Part shown: piece by piece, positions 26,852-32,330 of the stretch
How positions within the stretch are numbered: position 1 is the stretch's first letter
Layout: each line of letters opens with the position of its first letter
Assembly (NCBI GenBank): GCA_964249785.1
Contig: CAXUDZ010000007.1
Span: 3,437-35,766, forward strand
Source: an uncultured Abditibacterium sp.
GTDB taxonomy: Bacteria; Armatimonadota; Abditibacteriia; Abditibacteriales; Abditibacteriaceae
Reading direction: 5' to 3'
DNA length: 32,330 nt
Program-made: the position numbers and the translations under genes
The notes under the pieces: model-generated
Seen by the model: only the letters and a program-made list of their open reading frames with translations
Databases searched by the model: none
Told to the model about the DNA's origin: nothing

Positions 26852-27760
26852 ATGAAGCGCTTTCTTTTTCTGGGTCTTGCGATTTTGCTGGCCGCGCCGC
26901 TACGAGCCGCAAACGATTCACCCGCGCCAATCGCGCCGCTTTTACCCGCCAATTCTGCGAGTGTGGTGAAGTGGTCGCTCGAAGTGCCCGAACCGCGCGT
27001 CGCCGCTGGCGGACTTGCCGATGAAGCGCATCAAACCGCGTTCGTGGTGCGCGCCAAAAATGTCAAAGGAGCGCCGATGGCGGGCGTGCCCGTCGAGTTG
27101 CCGCGCATCTGGAACGACAAAAAAGAGTTGGGCGACAAAAACCTCGAATCGCCGGAGATAATCATGCCGCGCGTGGCGTGGAGTTCTCCAATCAAAACGC
27201 TTCTCACCGACGCCAGGGGCGAAGCGCGCGGTGTGTTCACGTCGGGCGGCAAAACAGGACAACTTTTTCTTTATGGCCCCGGCGAAACTAAAGCTAAAAT
27301 TGAGCAGGTTTTCAACGATGAAGCCGAACCGTGGAAAGACACAAAGGTTTTTGGTATTGGTTTTCCCAGACGTTACAAGATGCGCCTTTTGCGCGGAGAG
27401 AAAAGCCTTCCAATCTGCGGCCATCATCTCAAACTTGTATTGGATACGATCACGCTGGAGGCGCGTCGGTTCACAGGAGAGTTCGATGAGAACGGCGCAC
27501 CAAAAACAGAAAGCCCATTCGATTTGAAATTCAGAAAGCCTGAGACAGATGCTTCGCCCGGAGAAAAAGCACGCTGGGAAATCATCTTAAAATGGGTTCA
27601 GTTCGAAGAAGTGACAGAAATCTCGCCAGGTCTTTACGAAGCAACTTGTGACGTTATACCCTTCGACGACGAGTATCCAATTCTTGATGGTGTGCAAATT
27701 AGCGCCATCAATGCCATCGGCGTTCCTATGCAAGATAAAAGCGTTTTTGAAGACTACTAA
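26852..27760 (+). CDS. Secreted hypothetical protein with Ig-like (Big_1-like) N-terminal segment
   Basis: Signal peptide MKRFLFLGLAILLAAPLRA and VRAKNVKGAPMAGVPVE...TDARGEA pattern. The 3' half is AT-richer. Confidence 0.7.
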   Translation: MKRFLFLGLAILLAAPLRAANDSPAPIAPLLPANSASVVKWSLEVPEPRVAAGGLADEAHQTAFVVRAKNVKGAPMAGVPVELPRIWNDKKELGDKNLESPEIIMPRVAWSSPIKTLLTDARGEARGVFTSGGKTGQLFLYGPGETKAKIEQVFNDEAEPWKDTKVFGIGFPRRYKMRLLRGEKSLPICGHHLKLVLDTITLEARRFTGEFDENGAPKTESPFDLKFRKPETDASPGEKARWEIILKWVQFEEVTEISPGLYEATCDVIPFDDEYPILDGVQISAINAIGVPMQDKSVFEDY

Positions 27761-27763
27761 CGC

Positions 27764-27800
27764 AAAAAGGCGCCGCACATTTTCGTGCGGCGCCTTTTTT
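27764..27800. terminator. Bidirectional rho-independent terminator
   Basis: AAAAAGGCGCCGCAC-ATTTTC-GTGCGGCGCCTTTTTT between convergent genes. Confidence 0.9.
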
Positions 27801-27812
27801 GTTCTCAGCGTT

Positions 27813-30011
27813 CTACCAGCCGATTTTAACCGCGAGCGGCGTGATGCTGTTGGGAAAGCGCAGACGAACCAAACCGTCGGCAAAATCAACTGCGCCGGGC
27901 GCGAGTTGTTTGCCTTCGACTGTAACGCGCGTTGGTTTCGAGGGCACGACGGCGCACACAACGCCATCGGTTTCGCCGATGCCGCTGGCGCGAAACGACA
28001 GCGTGCGTTTGGCGACGGCTTCGTTTTGAACGCGACACGCCGCCGCCACAACGCGGGCTTTGCTTGATGGGTTGAAACCTAAATCGAACAAAAGCGCCCG
28101 TTTGCTGGGCGACAAAGCCACTTCTGACAAAACCGGCAATGTCGAATCGAACAAGTCAATGAAGCGTCCGCGCAGCGTTTGAACGGGCGCGCCGGGAACC
28201 GATTCGTCCAAACCCGATGCGACCAAATACGGCCCGCGTCGCAAAACGAGCGAATTCGTTTCGTTCCATTCCAGTCCGACTTGACCCGCCGAACTAATGA
28301 CCGCTTGACGCACCTGTTCGCCGCCACTCGCGCTACGACTCAAAGCGGCAGGAGACATATTTTCGCGCCGAACCCAGCCTTTGCCAACGCGCTGCGAACC
28401 GACGAAATCGAGCGGCAAACCGAGCGTTTGGAACAGATGTTGGCGCGGCGTTTTGTAATTCATCGGCGCTTTGTTCCACCAATCGCGCACGGCGTTATAA
28501 GGGTCGCCGTCGTTGTCCACCACGACTAAAGCGCCGCCCGCGCGCACCCACTTCGCCAGTGAATCGTGAAAGGCGGGCGTGGGCGGTTTCTGGCCTTCGT
28601 AGGTGAGCAGCAAAACTTTATACGACTTGAGGAAGTCGCTTTTTTGCGCCGCGCTTTCGATTTGAACAGGTTCCACCGGCGCGCCGCGTTTGAGGAGCGG
28701 CATCGCCAAACCGTAAAACGAACCCAAGCGCGAATCGGACGGGTTCGGGTCGGCGCGCTGGAACATCATCGTGTCGGACACCAAAACGCCCGTGCCGCGC
28801 GTGCCGCTTTGTTCCCACTTGACCGATTTCGCGGGCTGTTTCATTTCGCCCAGCGCGCGCATGACGCTTTGAAGTTCGGTTTCATAGGAAGCCGGAATGC
28901 CAATTTTCTCGACCGGTTCGCCTTCGGTTCGCTGCGAGCGTTCTTTGACCGGATAAGCGTCGTTGAAAATGCGCGACGGCCACGGCATCACTTCGTAGTG
29001 CCACACCTCGCTTTGCAGGAGCGACGCGGTGAGCGTGCTTTCCCAGTTGGTGCGGTAATCCGTCCACGAGTGATCGGCGTTGTCTTCGATGGGATCGTTC
29101 AAATACCACACGCGGCGACCGCTCGCGCGCACCAGGTTTTGCATGGCGCTGTATTCCAAAAACGCGGTTTCAAAAGTGCGGCTTTTGACGCGCCCTTCAT
29201 ACGAGTTCGGTTCGCGCGCCGTGCCCGTCCACACCTGGGCGATATAGCCGTCGCAGCCGACATCGAGGAGAGACGATTCCGGTGACACGATGCCCCAGTG
29301 CGCGTAGTTGATGAGCGAGTGCGTCGGCACGTAGCACTTGATGTCGCGGTTATGGTCTTTGCCGTATTGTTTCACGAACGCAAAAACCTGCGACAACGCG
29401 CGCTGATAGAGGAAGTATTTGAGCTTGGAGGCGCGATATTGCGCGTCGGGCGATTCGTTGATGGGTCGCCACGGCTCGTTGTAATAGCTCTGCCATTCGC
29501 GTTTGAAGTTGGGTTCATAGCCCGACCGCACCCAGAATTCGGGTTCTTCGAGGTGAATCGCTTCGGCTCCGGCGTCGAGGGCGCGTTTGACGCCCACGCA
29601 CAAAAAGCGCCCGTAATCGATGCTGGGCGACATATACGGGATGTTGATGCCGTGCCCGATGATGTTGCCGTTGCGGTCGGTTTGCGATTCGTCCTCGTGG
29701 TTTTTGCCGTCAAAGCGGCCAAACAGATAATCCTGATATTCGCCCCACGCCACGCCGGTCATGACGTGAATGCGATAACCCTTGTCGCGCCAAGTTTTGA
29801 TGCGGTCGGGAAGCGACGGGTCGATGCCGTAAACCATCGCAACGTCGGCGTCTATGTGGGTGCGCGCCGACCACGGTTCGAGCGATTGAAACGACAAGCG
29901 CTCGTCGGCGGCGCGCTCGGCGGCTTTGTCTTTGGGCGCGGCGTTGGCGCGGCCAGTTCCAGATGAAAGCATGGAAAGAAGTCCGATTCCTACTAAGAAT
30001 GAAAGACGCAT
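27813..30011 (-). CDS. Secreted hypothetical protein, putative glycoside hydrolase-like (TIM-barrel plus trimerisation/GATase-like middle domain)
   Basis: 732 aa with signal peptide. AIHLEEPEFW, FKREWQSYY and YKVLLLTY...LAKWVRAGGALVV are reminiscent of GH42-like architecture. Function is inferred. Confidence 0.7.
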   Translation of the reverse strand: MRLSFLVGIGLLSMLSSGTGRANAAPKDKAAERAADERLSFQSLEPWSARTHIDADVAMVYGIDPSLPDRIKTWRDKGYRIHVMTGVAWGEYQDYLFGRFDGKNHEDESQTDRNGNIIGHGINIPYMSPSIDYGRFLCVGVKRALDAGAEAIHLEEPEFWVRSGYEPNFKREWQSYYNEPWRPINESPDAQYRASKLKYFLYQRALSQVFAFVKQYGKDHNRDIKCYVPTHSLINYAHWGIVSPESSLLDVGCDGYIAQVWTGTAREPNSYEGRVKSRTFETAFLEYSAMQNLVRASGRRVWYLNDPIEDNADHSWTDYRTNWESTLTASLLQSEVWHYEVMPWPSRIFNDAYPVKERSQRTEGEPVEKIGIPASYETELQSVMRALGEMKQPAKSVKWEQSGTRGTGVLVSDTMMFQRADPNPSDSRLGSFYGLAMPLLKRGAPVEPVQIESAAQKSDFLKSYKVLLLTYEGQKPPTPAFHDSLAKWVRAGGALVVVDNDGDPYNAVRDWWNKAPMNYKTPRQHLFQTLGLPLDFVGSQRVGKGWVRRENMSPAALSRSASGGEQVRQAVISSAGQVGLEWNETNSLVLRRGPYLVASGLDESVPGAPVQTLRGRFIDLFDSTLPVLSEVALSPSKRALLFDLGFNPSSKARVVAAACRVQNEAVAKRTLSFRASGIGETDGVVCAVVPSKPTRVTVEGKQLAPGAVDFADGLVRLRFPNSITPLAVKIGW

Positions 30012-30102
30012 TGTAAATCGAGAACTGAATTAGAAGCCCGTGAACGCCAAAAGTCGCCTTGAGGTGCGCGATGAAGTGTTGCGTGTGGAAGATTTTCCAC
30101 TG

Positions 30103-30258
30103 AATCGGCGGTGCGCAAGCCCCCTGTAAGGGCGAACCTCGTGTTCGCCCACATGTTGCAATTGCTCTTTGGTCACGCTCATCGAAGTCAATGGCGAACT
30201 GGCATGTGTGGGCGAACACGAGGTTCGCCCTTACAGGGGGCCTGCGCACCAGCCGATT
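30103..30258. repeat. REPIN-like inverted REP doublet
   Basis: 44-bp arms 30110-30153 and 30207-30250 match at 43/44. Each arm has GTAA plus the palindrome GGGCGAAC-CTCGT-GTTCGCCC. Confidence 0.88.
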
Positions 30259-30264
30259 TCTCTT

Positions 30265-30450
30265 TCACGCGCGCTCAGTGGTTCGGCCAAACCAAAAGGC
30301 GCCTCGTTTGGAAGCGCCTTTATGCCTATTTTTGGTTTTGTCCACGGGTTTGGCCGCCAGTTCGCTTTTCTTTTTGGCGTCTGATGCGTCGGTTTTGGTT
30401 TGCTTTTGCGAGGATTGTTTTTTGTCGGCTTTTGGACTTTTATCACCCAT
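30265..30450 (-). CDS. Small Lys/Gln-rich protein (MGDKSPKADKKQSSQKQTK...); true stop possibly at 30326 if one A is missing
   Basis: GGAGG lies 8 nt upstream of ATG 30450. The MGDKSPK start resembles a small conserved hypothetical protein (recalled, unverified). A terminator overlaps the current 3' end. Confidence 0.6.
   Translation of the reverse strand: MGDKSPKADKKQSSQKQTKTDASDAKKKSELAAKPVDKTKNRHKGASKRGAFWFGRTTERA
30295..30321 (-). terminator. Probable rho-independent terminator of the small Lys-rich gene
   Basis: Minus strand AAAGGCGCTTC-CAAAC-GAGGCGCCTTT followed by TGGTTT. Confidence 0.55.
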
Positions 30451-30537
30451 GATGCTGGCCTCCACCCGTTGAGGTGACGCGAGGGGAGGCGCGCCATTTC
30501 CGCGCTTCACACCGGAGTCGTGAAACACTGCGAGTGC

Positions 30538-32256
30538 ATGAAATTTTCTGCATCCTCTGTGCGTGTTCCCGCGCACGCCCTGCTTGGAACCGCGCTTCTT
30601 TTGACCGGATGCGGCGCCTCGCGCGCCGCCGACAATCCCGTTGAAGCGCTCATCTATTCAACAATGCCGTCTTCCACCGCGCACAGCCCGCAAATGGCGC
30701 TCGATGGCAGCGAGGCCACCTATTTCAAATCGGCCTACGGCATGAGCGACGGCGACGACCTGACGATTTTGTTATCGCGTCCCGTGGCCGCGACTTCCAT
30801 TCGCGTTCTGACCGGAGACGCGCAAGGTCAGGATTTGCTATCGACCGGTTTTGTGGAAATTGCGCCCGACGAAAAAACCTTTTCCAGGCTCGCGTCTTTT
30901 AACGCACGGGGCGTTGTCGAAGCCAAACCCCAACCGAACACCCTTGTGCGCGCGCTTCGCATCAAGGTCAACCGCAACTCGGCGATTCCCAATTTAGTTG
31001 TGCGCGAAATTTCCATTGTGGCGCCCGACGCGGTTTCGCACGCGCAGGCCGGGCCGGGGCGCGGCTTTAGCGACATCTCGCAGGCGCCCGACCTGGCGGC
31101 GTGGGCAAAAAAAGCGGAATTTCAAATGGAATCGTTTTGGGCTGACACGGCGGCGCTTCTCTACACGCGCGGCTTTGTTCCGCCCAACAAGATCAACGTC
31201 ATTTACCGAACCGGCCCCGGCGTCACGCCCGTCGCCGCCACCGGTGGCGGAGAAATGGAAGTCAATTCGGCGTGGAGCCGCGCGCATCCCGAAGACACCG
31301 GTTTGACCGTTCACGAAGTGGCGCACGCCATTCAAGCCTACGATTCGTATAATCCGGTCTGGCTGGTCGAAGGCATCGCCGATTATGTGCGTTGGGTGCG
31401 CTTTGAGCCGGAAAACTTCCCGATCCGCCTCAACCCCGCGACCGCCAAATACACCGATTCCTACCGCACAACCGCGATGTTTCTGGCGTGGTGCGAACTC
31501 AATTACGATTCCCGCATGGTCACAAAACTGAGCGAGAACGTGCGAAGCGGCACTTACAAAACCGAAGTGTTCAAAACCTACACCGGCAAAGACGTTGACA
31601 CGCTGTGGACGGAATTTATCGCCGCTTACAAAGCCGATCCGTCCATCAGCCTGATTTCACCGCCGGTTGCTCTTGCCGACAGGCCGCGCACGTTGCCCGT
31701 TGTCGCCGCCGGTGCCAGCACGCCCGTTGATTTGGCGCGCGCCTTCAACACCTCCGGTTTTGCAACCGACGCCAAACAATTCGATGCGACAACCGGTTTC
31801 GATGGTGGCGGCGCCTCGTATTCGGCGGCGCTTTTGGGCACGGGCGTCACGAACCAGAACGTGCGTTTCAACATCGGCAAACCGGACGTGGCAAACACCG
31901 TTTCGGCGCGCGGCCAGAAAATCGCGCTTCCCAAGGGCAAATTCGGGTCGTTGTGGTTTTTGGGCGCCGCCGTCGAAGGCTCGCAAAAGGCGCAAACCTT
32001 TGTCGTGAACTACGCCGATGGCACGCAAACAACGCTCGTTCAAAACGTGAGCGACTGGTTCGCGCCGCAAAGTTTTCCCGGCGAAACACGCGCCGTGTCC
32101 ATGAACTATCGCAACATGGGAAGTGGCACGCGCGACCCGCGCACCTTTTACGCTTACTCGTATGGCTTCCCGCTCGACAAAACCAAAGAGGTGGCGAGCG
32201 TGACGTTGCCGGATAATCCCAACGTGCGGATTTTGGGGATGAGCTTGGGGGGTTAA
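30538..32256 (+). CDS. Lipoprotein with basic secretory protein (BSP)-family zinc metallopeptidase domain flanked by beta-sandwich domains
   Basis: Lipobox LLLTGC, HEVAH and NPVWLVEGIADYVR..YTDSYRTTAMFLAW. Discoidin-like N-domain (MALDGSEATYF) and C-terminal VNYADGT..VSDWF beta-sandwich. Confidence 0.85.
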   Translation: MKFSASSVRVPAHALLGTALLLTGCGASRAADNPVEALIYSTMPSSTAHSPQMALDGSEATYFKSAYGMSDGDDLTILLSRPVAATSIRVLTGDAQGQDLLSTGFVEIAPDEKTFSRLASFNARGVVEAKPQPNTLVRALRIKVNRNSAIPNLVVREISIVAPDAVSHAQAGPGRGFSDISQAPDLAAWAKKAEFQMESFWADTAALLYTRGFVPPNKINVIYRTGPGVTPVAATGGGEMEVNSAWSRAHPEDTGLTVHEVAHAIQAYDSYNPVWLVEGIADYVRWVRFEPENFPIRLNPATAKYTDSYRTTAMFLAWCELNYDSRMVTKLSENVRSGTYKTEVFKTYTGKDVDTLWTEFIAAYKADPSISLISPPVALADRPRTLPVVAAGASTPVDLARAFNTSGFATDAKQFDATTGFDGGGASYSAALLGTGVTNQNVRFNIGKPDVANTVSARGQKIALPKGKFGSLWFLGAAVEGSQKAQTFVVNYADGTQTTLVQNVSDWFAPQSFPGETRAVSMNYRNMGSGTRDPRTFYAYSYGFPLDKTKEVASVTLPDNPNVRILGMSLGG

Positions 32257-32276
32257 CCAGCGTTGTTACTTGGCGT

Positions 32277-32312
32277 CCCCCACCCTAACCCTCCCTCGCA
32301 AGCGGGAGAGGG
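32277..32312. repeat. Short palindromic intergenic repeat (CCCxCACCCTAACCCTCxCxCGCAAGCGGGAGAGGG type); may act as terminator
   Basis: CCCCCACCCTAACCCTCCCTCGCAAGCGGGAGAGGG hairpin 20 nt after the stop at 32256. Confidence 0.6.
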
Positions 32313-32330
32313 AACCACTCACCGTTTCCT

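Noticed and set aside
1-32330. tRNA/rRNA genes, priming glycosyltransferase and nucleotide-sugar synthesis genes
   Set aside because: None recognised. The EPS cluster probably continues beyond the left edge or relies on other loci.

Overview
A GC-rich bacterial window with three blocks. (1) About 0.1-20.4 kb is a Wzx/Wzy-type exopolysaccharide/capsule cluster in two divergent arms. The minus arm has a GT4, an SLBB/Wza-like exporter and a Wzc-like co-polymerase with a degenerate kinase. The plus arm has a flippase, five more GT4-like enzymes (one frameshifted), a GT2, a Wzy/O-antigen-ligase-like membrane protein and two left-handed beta-helix acyltransferases. (2) About 20.5-25.8 kb is a plasmid/chromid-type replication and partition module: 8 iterons, a perfect 26-bp palindrome, an AT-rich segment, an RPA-like RepA, ParA, a small RHH-like partner and candidate centromere repeats, with a nucleotidyltransferase between rep and par. 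(3) About 25.8-32.3 kb holds a Gfo/Idh/MocA oxidoreductase, secreted hypothetical and glycoside-hydrolase-like proteins, a small Lys-rich protein and a BSP-family metallopeptidase lipoprotein. The signals least explained by annotation are as follows. Three AT-richer orphan ORFs sharing a C-terminal (T/S)AH(E/D)(K/Q) motif are inserted in the EPS operon. Two of them are paralogues with conserved ends and unrelated middles, and the inserts are bracketed by nested complementary arms. Many gene junctions are long inverted-repeat hairpins that start at a stop codon. There is a 3-copy, 29-bp CRISPR-like mini-array with an upstream anti-repeat, and two REP/REPIN-like families. An Armatimonadota/Abditibacteriota-like host is a guess from recalled protein style and is not verified. 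No rRNA, tRNA, cas, integrase or transposase genes were recognised.
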